Positions 1-13,437 are shown, counted from the stretch's first letter. The stretch is DNA of 38,924 nt from Thelocarpon superellum (GCA_026025795.1 JAPEUG010000131.1:1-38924), one strand, 5' to 3'. Made by a program: numbers and translations. The notes: generated by a model not told the origin, from the sequence alone.

Positions 1-1449
1 ATGCCTCGTGTGATAGCGGACGAGGAGGGAGGGTTGGGGTCTGCAACATCGGGGTCCGTGGGCAGGTGTGTCAGTGGGTTGTCCTCTTCGTGAGCATAAC
101 ACTCGCGCTAGCAGCCCACTGAGACGATGGGACCAAAGCGACGCGAAGGGTCGGTTCTTGACTGATGATGTGATCCGTGACGGAAGACTAGGACTTGGAC
201 AATGACGATGATGGGAGAGGAGAGCAAGGCGCGTCAAGAAGCAACCGCTGGGGACTATATACATGGCAGCCTGACTCAACCTCCAAAGTACCGCAGAAGC
301 CGGCATGCGATGCGAGGGAGCTAAGCACTGCTGCAGCTGCACCAGCCCCGGGTGGGAATACTGTCGACAGAGACAACGTGCAGGGCTGGATGGGGTAGTG
401 TGCTGCACCAGGGTCAGGGTAGTCGGGTGAGCAGTGACCGGTCGAGCCCAAGTCGTCAGACGATTTCGACCCTCGACCCCCCCCAAATCCGGACGGGTCC
501 TCTTACCAGGCGGTCAAGCATTATCGAAAAGGCGCCACGCGCGGTCTAGGTGCGGGGGGCTGTGAGTGAGCGAGAGTGGCAGAGGGAAAGGGAGTAGAGC
601 GGGAACGCGGCGCGAGTAGAGCAAAGACCCGACCGCCAGGAGGGAAGCTAGCGGAGCCACAGCCTACGGTGGCACAAGAGTCGTCACGATGTAGGCCACC
701 ACGAAGTCCCAGGCAGCCTCGGTGGGGAGCACAGAGGAACCCGAGAGGGGTTGCCGGCGTCCTCCAGAGGCTTAGCGACCAGATTCAAGCGCCCTGGCAC
801 GGCCAGCTGCTTGACCTAGCTCTACCAGGACCCCGGAGCAGGCCGTGCTGGTTGGGTACCGCACTTCGAGGGCACTATTGGCATGGGCCCATTTTCGGTA
901 CCTACAGGTCATGTCCGCCCCACTGCCGTCAGAGCCGGCCGGCGAGCATGGCCGGCCCCGTGGCTAACTTTCGCTACAGTAAGATCTCACAAGTGGCCTA
1001 TGATTCACGCTACGCAGTGCTCGTACGCGGGCCCCGTCTAGGAGGGGCTTCCATCCTACTCGCATGGGCCAGTCGCAGCCTGGGGCTGTGCACCGTCATC
1101 GCGCCTTCGCCCTGAAGATGGCGATGCTCGTGCACGGCGCCCTCGCCTTCACCTTCACCTTCACCCTCGCATTCACGGTCGTCATGGTACCACGCGCTCG
1201 TCAGGGAGATGTCGATGGATTCAGTTGGAGGACTCGTGATCATACGTCCATGGCTTCATGCCCGATTGTCGCGCTGGGGAGGGCTTGAGCACCCTCTCTC
1301 GCGCTGATCTGAACCTGAACAGCACTAAGCCGGCTTGCTACTCCCACAAAAGATGCCAGGAAATGACTGGGCCGTCCACACGGTCGCAGCCAACAATCAA
1401 CGCCGGAGCCCAGATAGACCATGCTCAACCTCCGCCGTCGTGGCATCCG

Positions 1450-2244
1450 TCACTCCAGATTGCCCTCCCGAAAGATGCTCTTCCTCTCCGTCGGGCTGTC
1501 GTCCTCCTTCGCGGGCGCATGGGCCACCTCGGCGTCCATCGGGCGAGGACTGACCCCCCGCAGGCTCATGTCGCTCCGCTCGGCGTGATCGCCAAACGGA
1601 TCGTGCCCTGCCTTCCCGCCTCCCTCATGCGATGATTCGGCCCCAAAAGGCGCCGGCTCACGGCTGCGACTCCGGCCCCGCGGCCTTTCCTCGTCATCGT
1701 AGCCTGGCCCCTCCGCTCTCAAAATGGCCGAGGTGCCTGGTGTTTGGCCAGCGTAGCCACCGCCGGCATAGGCGCCGGTGCCGCCCGGATGCAGTCCCAG
1801 TTCCTGCTCTTCGTAGTATCCGCCCGGACCGTAGCCATCCGCCTCGGCTCCCACATGGGTGTCCCAGGCCTCATCCGGATCCAAGGCGGAGATGCCTCGA
1901 TTCGATCGTCGGCCCCTCGCTCCGCTCAGCGGCTCTTCGTATGCGCCTCCCGCCGTCCGATCGCGCCGGCTCGTGATCGCGTGCCATCTGTCGTTGACCC
2001 AATCCAACACGCCGCCGGACGGTGCGGATGAGTAGCCTCGTGAGCCGGCGGGATGATAGCCGGGGATGTACGAGGCAAGCGTTGGTCGAGGCAGTCCCAG
2101 TCGTTGGGCCCGCAGATGAATGGTGACGATCCAGCCGATGACGCCGGCGACGATCAAAATGGCCAGGATGATGAAGAAGATGCCCGCGCCCGAGACCCCA
2201 TGATGCTCGTCCCCCGAATCGCGGCCCACAAGGAACGCAGCCAT
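1450..2244 (-). CDS. Conserved-looking fungal single-pass membrane protein, function unknown
   Basis: Intronless ORF from ATG at 2244 (MAAFLVGR...). One strong hydrophobic segment (GIFFIILAILIVAGVIGWIV) is followed by a Gly/Arg/Glu-rich, likely disordered tail ending RKSIFREGNLE. Confidence 0.75.
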   Translation of the reverse strand: MAAFLVGRDSGDEHHGVSGAGIFFIILAILIVAGVIGWIVTIHLRAQRLGLPRPTLASYIPGYHPAGSRGYSSAPSGGVLDWVNDRWHAITSRRDRTAGGAYEEPLSGARGRRSNRGISALDPDEAWDTHVGAEADGYGPGGYYEEQELGLHPGGTGAYAGGGYAGQTPGTSAILRAEGPGYDDEERPRGRSRSREPAPFGAESSHEGGGKAGHDPFGDHAERSDMSLRGVSPRPMDAEVAHAPAKEDDSPTERKSIFREGNLE

Positions 2245-3150
2245 CCCCGCAGCGTGCTTGGATGAGGGATGCTGGGCCAAGGAGCACGCTGTTGGTGGGT
2301 GAAGCTGTTATCTTTTGGCGCCAGGTGTAAGCTACGTAGTTCGGACCCGTTTCACGACGGCCGGACGGATATAACGTGCATGACATAATCTGCGATGCGA
2401 GATGTTGGCCGGAGCGAAGATCAGGGAGAATCTCTTGGCATGACCACCAGCGGGTCAAACGGAATACCACGGGGCCTCGTACGTCGCGTTCGTACTTCTT
2501 TCCAGCCGCACGGACTGTAGCCGTCCGCTTTGTGTTCCTTTTGCGTTATTGCAAAAACCATGGCGAGCCGTTCGTCGTGCCCGACCGCTGCCGCCATTCT
2601 ACGTGTTGTTCGGTGGCCCTGGGCAGCAGTTCTCTAAGCCCCCCACTCCTTTGCAAGCGACCATTAGGCAGCGGTTCTTGTTCATGGCCATGACGAGCGG
2701 GGCTGGGGCCTTGGATGGCAATGCTGGCACTGACGATTTGTCAGTGCTCCACCAATTCCTCCCACATCGAGACTACGCGGCGGGATGCTCGAGCACAAGA
2801 AGGCTCATCGTCCTGCATCGTGTGAAGAGCAATCGGCAACTCAGTTCAAGTTATGACGAACACGAGCAGTGAAGAGGAGCTGGAGCCTGAGTCGAAGGGG
2901 GTATCAATCGCGCAAGTTCAGGCAGAAGTGAGATCCATGCAACATGACGTCGTAACAAGAGACTTCCGCGCGCCCATCATGCGAAGAGAGAAAGGGAAGA
3001 AAGGAAGAAGGCCACAAAAGGAGAAGTGCCTGATCATCGAGGCCACACTCAGCGTCATTGCTACAGCTTCCTTGCTCTTCGAGACCCGGCATACATCCGT
3101 CCCTCGTAGGCCCTGGTGAGGATTCATCACCTCTGGCCCCATATCCGCGA

Positions 3151-4257
3151 CTAGTAGCCTTCCGATACCTGGCTCTCCTGGTCGCGTTGCGCTCGTGTCG
3201 GGATCGAATGGTCGACCGCTGCTTGGTTCGGTTGGCGGTCGAGTCGGAATTTGAGGTAGAGACCGCCGGCCGCGTTGAAGGCGTGGATGTCTCGCGTGAC
3301 GGTGTAGAGGCCGTCGTATCGAATGCCCGATGTCGGCGAGTATTGCCGATTCCCCAGGGATGATCGGAGGACTCGCACCGGGCGATGCGTTTGCAGGGAG
3401 CGAGTGAGGTATTGTGTCGCGTGACTTGGGAAGGTGACGTTCGGGTCCTTGTTCGTCTTCGAATCGGAGCCGGAGTAGATAAGCCAGTCCCCCTGGTCCT
3501 CATCCATGCCCTCGTAGGCCGATGACACCACGATGGAGTAGGCCCCAAGGTCGGCATTGCCCGCGATGCCTCCGATGCGCGCTCCATGCGCACCGTCGCG
3601 CAGGGCGCAGATCTGGCGTGGCCACCAAGCGTTGACGGCAAGATTGTTGTTGCCAAACACTTTGGCGTCGATCTTGTCCGCGAAAGCCGGGTCGAGGTAG
3701 TAGGTCTGCCGCTGACGGTGCCGGATGAGCACCCCCCGCATGATGCCCCCGGTCCCGTAGATGGGGTGATCGGGGGCCGGCAGACCATCTTCCCGCCTCG
3801 CTGGTGCTGACGGCCCTGCGGCGGCCGTGGACCCCGCATCCTCCTCCCCTGAGCCTTCCACCGCCCCCCAGTTGGAGGCTTCCCATCCCTCGTAGATGGT
3901 CTTGGCCACGTTCGGGTACGGCTCAGGAAAGGAGAACTTGGGGTCCCCGAAGACAAGCTTGAGACCCTGGTCGATCTTGGACGCAGTCCGGAGCGCCGGC
4001 GTCATGCGAACGCCGGTGAGCGCGCGAAGAAACGTCCGGAGCCTCACGTGCTGGGACTCCGAGAAACTGTCGCGGCCCTTGCTCCTCGTTTGGACTGCGA
4101 GGCGCTGGAGCACCTCCAGACGGAGCCGACTGAGGTCTGAGGCCAAAGCCTCAAACCCTTCAGACAGGGTGAGGACCCCATCCGAGGTCTTGACTGGCAT
4201 CCCGTCCGGTCCAAGACCGACCGTCGACGCCGGCTCTAGGGTGAGCTGCTCGTCCAT
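3151..4257 (-). CDS. SRA/YDG (SAD_SRA) domain protein
   Basis: 368-aa intronless ORF. The C-terminal half carries SRA hallmarks: FGNNNL..WWP.Q..ALRDGAHG...GGIAG, GAYSIVVS..Y...D.D.GD.LIYSGS, PVRVLRSS, P..GIRYDGLY.V and KFRL.R...Q. Confidence 0.88.
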   Translation of the reverse strand: MDEQLTLEPASTVGLGPDGMPVKTSDGVLTLSEGFEALASDLSRLRLEVLQRLAVQTRSKGRDSFSESQHVRLRTFLRALTGVRMTPALRTASKIDQGLKLVFGDPKFSFPEPYPNVAKTIYEGWEASNWGAVEGSGEEDAGSTAAAGPSAPARREDGLPAPDHPIYGTGGIMRGVLIRHRQRQTYYLDPAFADKIDAKVFGNNNLAVNAWWPRQICALRDGAHGARIGGIAGNADLGAYSIVVSSAYEGMDEDQGDWLIYSGSDSKTNKDPNVTFPSHATQYLTRSLQTHRPVRVLRSSLGNRQYSPTSGIRYDGLYTVTRDIHAFNAAGGLYLKFRLDRQPNQAAVDHSIPTRAQRDQESQVSEGY

Positions 4258-4707
4258 CTGCCATCTTCGTCAGAATATATAGACGTGGCCGCACATCTCC
4301 CGAGATTGTGCGCGCCACATGGGGGCAAGAGAAGAGGAGGGAGGAAGGTGGAGTGAGGGACTCGTTAAATAGACAGCCGGAGTCGCCTTGGCCAGAGGCC
4401 GGGGGACAACAGGCAACGAGGGAGCAGTGACGACAGAGAGCAACTTACTGTTAACCGAGGAATCCTATTCACGACGAGTCGTCACTGTGGGGGCCCTGAA
4501 CCGAGAGGGCAAGTCGACGCGAGCCAGGCTGCTTGTCCGTGTCGCTCGGCTGCGGTACTGCGATGGAGAGTTTTGACTTGGACAACCACACTTTGCTACC
4601 TCTTTGCGGCCTGGCTCTTGATTTGTCGATAGACGCGGACGCGAAGGAGTGGTTGATGTTGTTGTCGTCGCCGCTGTGGTGGATGTGGGAGTGGTCAGAA
4701 AGACAAG

Positions 4708-5298
4708 ATGATGAGAGATTGTTTTCGACGCGTCGAGAGAAGAATTGTGGGTCGGAATTTGTGTGCGGTCAGACCACCGGCTTCCAGTGCAGGATCGCTA
4801 CGGAGGCACAGTGATGGCCGTGGCGAACTTCGAGGGCATGTGGAGCCGACTTTTGCTGCCGGTGAAGATACCCCCGAGGCAGTTGCAGAGGTGATAAGGC
4901 TTGTGAGCAAGAGGGAGCGTCGGTGGTCCCTCAGCAGTGACGGCCGGGGCTTGGAGCGAGAGTTCTACTTCAGGACCTTCAAAGTCACCTGGGTACGAGC
5001 GGCTCATGGGAGCGAGGCTCGGACCTGGTGGTCTGGCTGACCCGCTCGTAGGAATTTATGAACGCTGTGGCCGCTGAATGTGTAGTTCGGCGGCACCACC
5101 CTGAGTGGTCGAATGTGCGTCTGCTGTCCAGAATCGGGGCCGCAGTCAAGATATGCGTGTGGCTGACGAGCGCGACAGGTCTACAACAGATCCCACATCA
5201 AATGGACCACCCACCGACCACGTGGCTTGTCACGTCGCGATCTAGACATGGCGGGCTTTTGTGATGCACAGGCTCTGCGACTAGGGGAGACGTCCTAG
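4708..5298 (+). CDS. Pterin-4-alpha-carbinolamine dehydratase family protein, probably with a mitochondrial-type Arg-rich N-terminus
   Basis: Exons 4708-4992, 5052-5114 and 5179-5298 are joined by GT-AG introns with GCTGAC branch sites. The spliced product reads GLEREFYFRTFKVTWEFMNAVAAEC...HHPEWSNVYNRSHIKWTTH..RGLS..D..MA, the family signature. Confidence 0.88.
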
Positions 5299-5741
5299 TC
5301 CGGCACCTCGCCCTCACCCTCGCGCACCTGTGAGATATCCATCACCTGGTAGGTGAGAACCAGACGAGAGAAAACGCGTGGTAGCGCGTCGGGTCAGAAA
5401 TCCAGTCAAGCCAGTCAACTTACAGGGAGCAGCACGGTGAACATATCAAAGATGGATATCAACAAGGGTGAATACGATAATGCAGACCAAAGTGAAGGGA
5501 TCTATAGGTAGTCGTCGAGGCGCACGTGATGGCCAGACGGAGTAGCGCCCGCAGAGAGTGAGAGGTGCTGCATCGAGCGCAATTAATGACGTGAAAAGTC
5601 AGAGAGGTCGAGGCGTCGGAGGCCCCCACACGCTGATGAGGAAACCCAAGATGTGTTGTGGCTGGCGAGAGGGCTTCATCGTGTCATCGCTGAATTCTTC
5701 TCCCCCCCCCCAATACCTCATCTCTTCTCAGCTGGGACGAT

Positions 5742-6796
5742 TTACTGCGACTTTTGTGCCTTGGCCAGTTTCCGTTCCTTCCGCTTCCGCGTCGCCTCCG
5801 GTCCAGACTCGGTGTCCAGCATGTAGTCCCACCAGCGAAAGCTACTTGAGTAGTTGCCGATGAACTTCTCGTGGTGCACGTCGTGGTGCTCCGCCCCCGC
5901 CCAGAAGGGCAGGAAGTGGTGAAGGCTCCACGGGAACTCATAACCACTGTGGGCGTCGATCGCTTGGAAGAGCCGCAGCGTGATCCAGACATAGACGGTC
6001 AAGATGTGCAAATTCCGGGTGATGCCGCAGTAAAGGAGGGGCGGGGTAATGGTGCCCAGCGCCAGGATGAGCACTTCGAGCGGCGACGCGTATTCTGCCG
6101 CCAGCCCGAATGGCGCCGAGTATTGGTGGTGAATCTTGTGAATGTTCTTGTAGAGCGGGCCCCAGTGCAATGCCCGATGGAACCAGTAATGCCAGGTATC
6201 TTCCAACACGAAGAAGATTGGGATCTGATACGCCATGGTCAAGAGCGAGGGGAACGGCACCCCGGTATCCATGCCGAGATAATGTCCGATCGGGTGGAAG
6301 AGCCTGCGATGGTCAGCGAGGGACAGGATTGAGCTTGCTCCACGTCGACCTACCAGATTCCTGGCAGCTCGACCAGGAAGTGGCTCAAGAGCACCAGTCT
6401 GGCGCAATTCCATTGTTCTTGCATCGTCGGGATTTTGGCCTGGTTTTGGGTCAGCCATCCGACTTCCACCTCCTGTGGGAACGGTCTGCGTACATGTTGA
6501 ATCTTGTATCGGTTGAAGTAGGGAATTTGGTCAATGATCATCCATGGTATCGACCGGCCAAAGTACACGATCTCGTGCATCAGAAAGGACAAGACCCCCG
6601 TCGCGATGACATCGTTTTGCACGTATGCATACCACGCGGCCCATAGCCTCTCCAAGACGTTCAGGTGGACGTTGTATTTGCTGATCTCATCAAACACCCC
6701 CCAATACGACTGGGGCGTGGAGAACACGCCGGTGGAGTTCCTGTGGCGCCAATATCAGCCAGCGGCTCGGCCGCTCATGTGCCGGACCACCTACAT
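5742..6796 (-). CDS. ERG25: C-4 methylsterol oxidase (sterol desaturase family)
   Basis: Exons 6796-6795 (AT), 6740-6494, 6439-6354 and 6303-5742. His boxes [20 protein letters not shown] and HHDVHH, the [11 protein letters not shown] motif and a Lys-rich C-terminus are present. Confidence 0.95.
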
Positions 6797-7382
6797 CTCG
6801 TCACCACGTCCACGATGTTGGCTGCGTGGAGAAGGAAACACACAGAGACGGTCGACCGGCAGGAAAGGATGGTGAAGAGCAGTGCAATCGGTGCAGCGGC
6901 AGACCGTGAAGGCGAGGGCTTTGATTCCGCTCCCGCCGAACCATCTCGGATCTATGTCGTCCCGAGACGGATCTTACCGAATTTCGCGCGAGCGCCCTCT
7001 GCATTTCTGGGTCACCGTAGCGACGCGACGGCATGTCTGGCCCTCATCGCCACCCGGACAGTGACGCCATGTCCCCGGCCAAGCTCACGGCGGCACATTA
7101 TTGATTTGTGGTGCCAGTGGATGCTGCAGCCCCTGCCGCATGTTTGGGAGATCCCCTTGACATATTTGATTACTACAATTTGATCCCGAAGCGTCTCGCT
7201 CACCGACTATTCTACCCTACATCTCCGAGGAGCCATCTTTCAGTCGTTCCGCGTCTGTCGGACCACTGCAATTTCTCCCGCTGCCTTGTTTTGGTGACCT
7301 CGGTGACGAGCCAGCTTGTGAATGAAGGCACGTCACGATCTGGGATGACCGTGGCTGCTGCTGGAGGTACTGGGCCACCGTC

Positions 7383-9615
7383 ATGTCCTTTGTTGAAGAG
7401 TCAGTGAACATGTCATCCCTGGCTGCCATCCATCGACGACCGATGCTGACCCGCGGCCACAGTCAGGTGCGACGGATCGACGGCCAGCTTGACCGGCTGC
7501 TGTTGGCCTCTTCCGCCGGCTCGGTGGCATCACTGTCCCACGGCAGCGCCACCGAGGTTGGAGCTCACGAGATACAAGCCGATCAATCCGTAACCAGCAC
7601 CGCGCACCGCCGCGTCAGCGAGCTGCGGGCCACCATCAAGTCCTTGTCTGCTACTGCATCCTCGCGGACCTTGGTTCCGCCCAGCGCTTTGATCAATCTC
7701 CTCGACCACAGCGGCGTATCTTCCGCCTCCTCCACGGATCATCAAGATGGGTCTGCGTACGCAGTGTACGAGGAACAGCTCCGCTGGCTTCTCGTCGCCA
7801 AAGCATCCGCCCAAACGCAAGGTTTAATATTACAGGCGCTCCTGGAGCAGACTTTACCGCTGAGCAACGATATCTGGTACTGGGATGCCGTCCTGGGCTC
7901 TTATTTGTATACGGCGCTCTACTCGGCCCAGACTGCCCCTCTCCGAGTGTGGTCATGGTCTCGCGAGATCTATTACGAGGCGTGGCGGCGGTTTGAGGTG
8001 ATGCAGCACCCTGGACCGACCGCCGAGACACCGGTCGCCACACCTGCGGCAAATGTCTCGCTCACCGAGCGTTGGGGACAATTCTATGGCCTGGTCCGTG
8101 CCAGCATGCGCGATCGATCCATCACGGCGATGCAGACCGACATGGTCACACCCTTTCCCCTCAGCCGCGCCGAGGCTCGACAAAAGCAACAGGGTCTGCG
8201 CAATCTGCGTGAGATGAGCGCCTGCGGTCTCGGCGTGCTCATGGACGAGGGCCTGAAGTTTGACGTCCACGACGAGGATGCGCCCGCTGGAGCGGGGCTC
8301 GATCGACTGGGTGGGCGGACCATCGACCCCGACGAATGGAAGAGCGTCGTCGAGAAGAGCGTGTCGTTGATGGAGAGCGTGTTGCGCCACGTGACCATGC
8401 TGGAGACGGGAGTGTCCAACTTTGAAGACAACGTGTTTGCGAGCATCGACGAGGATGTGGACGTGGCTTTGCCGACGCCGCTCTTCGCACCGGAGAGCCT
8501 ACGACGACCGGTGCTTCTCTCCATCCGCCTCCGCGATGTTCTCGCGACACACATGCCCCGACAAGCCGAGCAGTCTCGCACCTTCTCTCGCGAATATGGA
8601 CGACCCTCACGCCTCATTCGATATTGGTTACCGACCATCGTCCTCCTTCTCTCGTCGAGCACGGTCCTACGCTTCCTCTTACAACGGCAAGCCGCCGTGG
8701 AGACGTGGATACGGGAGCTGGGCACGACCTTGATGGACTTTTGGAGCAATTGGGTGGTGGAGCCCATCACCAAGGTCATCGCCACGATTCGGCACGATGA
8801 AGGCGGCGAAATCGCCATCATGAGCAAGCGAAGCCTGGAGGGCGACCGCCTGAGCTTGGAACGCATGGTCGTGGACTTTGCCGTCGACCGTCCCACCTCG
8901 GCGGCCGGTGGTCCGTTGAGCGAGGCAGAGATGACCGAGCTCCGGATGAAGGTCAAAGAAGGGGATCTCACGCCGGTCTTGAAGGCTTACGAACACGATC
9001 TCCGGCATCCCTTCGTGGGCGCGGTCCGCGGTGACCTGATCCGCACCTTGCTCATCCAGGTTCAGAAAACGAAGGTTGACATCGAGGTGGCGCTTGGCGG
9101 CATCGATGCCCTCCTGAAAAGCCAGGAGCTGGTCTTTGGGTGCGGTACCTCCCTTCCGTCAGGGTGTACAGGAGACTAAACTTTCCCAGCTTTGTCGGCC
9201 TCACCCCGGGCGTCTTGGTGTGCTGGGGCCTGACGCGATGGCTTGCCGGCGTCGTGCAGGCTCGCGGAAGCATGCAACACGAGCGGACCCACGGTCAAAT
9301 GATCCGACTGCTGAGGTAGGCCCAGCCAGTGCTGCCCCTCTCCTGGACTGGGGCTCAAGTTGTCGTAGGAATATCGATCGCATCCTCGCTGCCCCGTCGT
9401 CGGCGAACCAGGGCTTGCTCTCGTACAAGGACCATGGCTTGCTGTTGTGTGAAGTTCATGTCCTGCGCCAACGCGCGCGTCGCACTCTCCCTAGTGAGGT
9501 TTATCGGGAATTTCTCGAGGAGATTCAGGATCTCGTGGACATCAGGACGGGCATCGACCGACAGGTGAGGGTCGTCGAGCGGATGCGATGGGCATACGGA
9601 AGGTGGATGCAGTGA
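7383..9615 (+). CDS. NCA2: NCA2 family protein (nuclear control of ATP synthase)
   Basis: Exons 7383-7399, 7463-9139, 9190-9315 and 9369-9615. Motifs YGRPSRLIRYWLP, DFWSNWVVEP, SLERMVVDF, GDLTPVLKAYE.DL..P, GDLIRTLLIQVQKTKVDIEVALGGIDALLKSQELVFGFVG and HGLLLCEVH. Confidence 0.9.
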
Positions 9616-10470
9616 CCCCGTCCATGCTCGATCCCGCCGCATGGAGGCAGGGATCCAGCCTGCATCGCACCGCGGCGTTTGACTGGCGTCGTGCGGATCG
9701 TCGTTGGACGCATCCCCTCATGGCGTTTCATTCGTAGCCCCGTTATCAGATAGCGCGCCATCCGGAATGCTACTAGAATACCTTCGGTTGGGCATCGAGA
9801 AAACCGCTGCCGGGCAGAGCGCAGAGGGCGCACCCTCCGGTGGAGACTGATATTCAGGTTCCGTACCGGGCGACGGACCGCTCCGTGCCTGGTCGGAGGC
9901 CCCCAAGAGGTCCCGTCCGCGCCAGTGGTTCCAGCGCTGCTCCCGCGGACACCAACTAGTCATGGCCACGCTAAGGAAACGGGCTGGGCCGAAGTTGATG
10001 GGACTCTGTCCGTGCATTGCCCTCGACGCTGCAGGAGGCCCGCGGCTTGGTACGAGGACCCCGTACTTCGTACCTTGATCCCACCAACCGGCAGGCGACG
10101 GACGGCGCACTGCTGGCGAGTAGCCCGCCGTAGTGACGCCGCTCCTCCTGGTGCCGCCGAACATCGCAGCGGCATCGTGCTCATCGTGCACACACGTGAA
10201 GGGAAATCATGCTACCGCATCTGTGCTCGTGAAACATCTCAGATCGCGCCTCCATCACCGTGCGACGCCAACTCCACGCCCGCTTCTTTCCAATCCGCCT
10301 GCGCCTCACTCGTGCCTGGAGCTGAGACGGCCCGCCTACGCCCACCCACCACCCGCACCACCCGCCACCCGTCCGCTCTTCTCCTCCACCCTCACGCCCC
10401 TCGACCAGGTTGACGATCGGTCGCCGGCGCCAGCTCTCCTCTCCCCGCACGGTCTCGACTCGTCCCTGAC

Positions 10471-11256
<786 letters not shown>

Positions 11257-12050
11257 ATAGAGGAAAGAGGGCGGGGCGCATGTTTCTTGTGGTCACCGTC
11301 GTCTTCATGACAAAGCAGCACGAGGAGGAACCTGATCCGATAGCGAACGCGCGAGCAGGGTGTTGCGAAGCCAGAGGGAGAGATGACGAGGGAGAGAGAG
11401 AAGGAGCAGCGATGCCCGATACCGCAGCGTCTTTTGTGAGTTGTGACGTGTCATGTGTGCCCGAGAGAGAGCGTATCCGTGCATCTCAACCTATTTCGTC
11501 TCGATCATATCAGTTCGTCCCACTTTGACCTCGCAAGGCTCGAGCAGGCAGGATGAGGACGAGGCAAACATGAGATGAGACAAGAGAAGGTGAGGCCGAG
11601 ATGAAACGAAGTGGAGGAGAGCGAGAGTGGGAGCCTTTTCTCTTTCTTGGGTCTGTCGACTGCCGACTGTCGTCCGTCGAACCAGCGAGGGTGCAAGGCA
11701 GGGAGGAGCGAAAAGGGGGGAAGAGAGAGAGAAGGAGAGGGGGGAGGAGAAGGGTGCGGTTGGTAGATGATCCACGAAAAGCGGGTGTCTTCATCCTTCT
11801 CATTTCACGTCCACGCTCTCTTTCTCTACGTCTCATTATCCCCTTCCCTCTTCTTCTCCTTCTGCGCGACACCACGTCTCTCATCTGTCGCCTCTCCGTC
11901 TCTCGCCTCTCGCATCCGGCCGTGCCGTGCTATACCGTCCATCCGTTCATACTCGCACATCTTGCGCTTTGCTTATAGTAGATACAATAATTCGCGATGA
12001 ATTTAGGGGCATGGTGCGGGAAAACGTGCTTTACGACTTTTCCGTTCCGT

Positions 12051-13437
12051 CTACCAGATTAATTCTGCATGGACAGTAGGCGCGTCGTCGTCGTCGTTGG
12101 GGCCGTCATCATCTGCCATCGTCGCGGCCGCCGTACTGTCCCTCCTGAGTGGGAAAGGCCGCTTGTGCCACGCCCGCACGAATCGCAGCGCCTCGGCCCG
12201 GTCTTCAAACTCAAGCAGCCACCGGCTTTGGCCTCGCACACTGGTCGGATACGCCATGTCGTCCTCCTCGCCCTCCTCGGCTTCCGGCTCGTTGAAGACG
12301 GGGGAGTTCATTTCCGTGATTCCGTGCGTCCCGCCAGCGAGTCGCCAGAGCGCGTTGCGGTTGTTACGACCGTCTTCTTCGATCATTCGCTGGATCGACC
12401 ACGTTCGTAGCTGCGCCCCTGTGACGTAGAGGAGCACCGTGTGGTCCGCGCCGCAGTTGCGCATCTTCACTCGACTGTATCCCCCGTGATGGATGAGCTG
12501 TTGCAGGTGGCGAGGGAATGGAGGTGTGAGGAGCCGGAGCACGAGATTTTGGGACGGAGGCACAAGATTGTACGAGTGGAGCAGGGCATGTGCGTCTTCT
12601 CCATCAATCATGTATCCGGGTGGAGGGGGAAGCGGCGACTCGAGCGACTGCGGCGTATACGTCCGCGCAATCCGATGCAGGTACATGACCCGGTCTCGAT
12701 AGGCCTTGGCAGACGAGGGTGAGGCAAAGAGGAGATAGTAGAATCCCAATGGCGTCAATGTCTGCGGGTCACGGCCGGTAATGACTAGAGCACGCATGAG
12801 TCATGGAGCCGATGCAGAGACCATCTACATCTATACCTTTGAGTAGCTTCGCCTCGTCCTTCCACCCCTTTATGTGTTTCCCACCAGGAATGATGCGACG
12901 AAAGTCGCTTTCCGCCAACGAAGGACTTGCGTGTTGTAGCGCAAGCACCGTTGGCTCCTGGCCAGAGACATGCTGGCTCGAGGTCGCTGCATCCTAGTCA
13001 GTCGACCCTGCTCGTGAAGCCACGCAGAGGGACTTACCGCGTCGCGCAGTGGATTCCAATGCTCCCGAACGTCCAGCGCTGACATACTGTTCGATCACGC
13101 CCGCGGTTGTCTGATCAGGCCGACGGCGTGCCTGCCGACGTCCCAATACCCGATATCGGATTCGGGGCTTCCTATCACTGGACTGCTGGCCAAGTTCACC
13201 GAGCACTAGACGTGGAATGTGCCGGTCTGGTGTCGTGGTGGGATTGGACACCGCTTTGGCTTCGTCCGGGAAGAGCTCCTCCAGCAATGTTGCTGGATTG
13301 GGTGATGGGCGAGTTGAGGCCTTGCCTTTGCCTGGGCCGGCCAGCTTCGACTCGTGCAGAAATCGTCCTCGGGACAGCAAGCTGGCACGCCATCTGACCA
13401 GCCGGCATAGGGAAGGACTATGCTGTACCGATGGCAT
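12051..13437 (-). CDS. Hypothetical fungal protein, possibly mitochondrial
   Basis: Exons 13437-13038, 12986-12837 and 12784-12051 with GTAAGT/GTATAG donors give one continuous frame (LLEELFPDE; VLALQHASPSLAESDFRRIIPGGKHI.GW; VITGRDPQTL..LGFYYLLF; RWLLEF...EA.RFVRAWH). The N-terminus is Arg/Ser-rich. Confidence 0.75.

Noticed and set aside
1..560. Possible 5' part of a minus-strand gene running off the left edge (open frame YAHEEDNPLTHLPTDPDV...)
   Set aside because: Too short, with no confident start or splice structure and no recognisable family.
1146..1163. (CCTTCA)3 and other tiny tandem repeats (for example CGATA-like repeats near 16856-16876)
   Set aside because: Ordinary short microsatellites in intergenic or UTR DNA. 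There is no spacer structure, so they are not CRISPR-like.
2904..3956. 350-aa alternative-frame ORF overlapping the SRA gene, and similar Arg/Pro/Ser-rich overlapping ORFs across the window
   Set aside because: Low-complexity off-frame translations typical of high-GC coding DNA, with no domain evidence.
11690..11910. GA-rich tract followed by a TC-rich tract downstream of SEC4, resembling a fold-back or MITE
   Set aside because: Complementarity is low-complexity only, with no precise terminal inverted repeats or target-site duplication.
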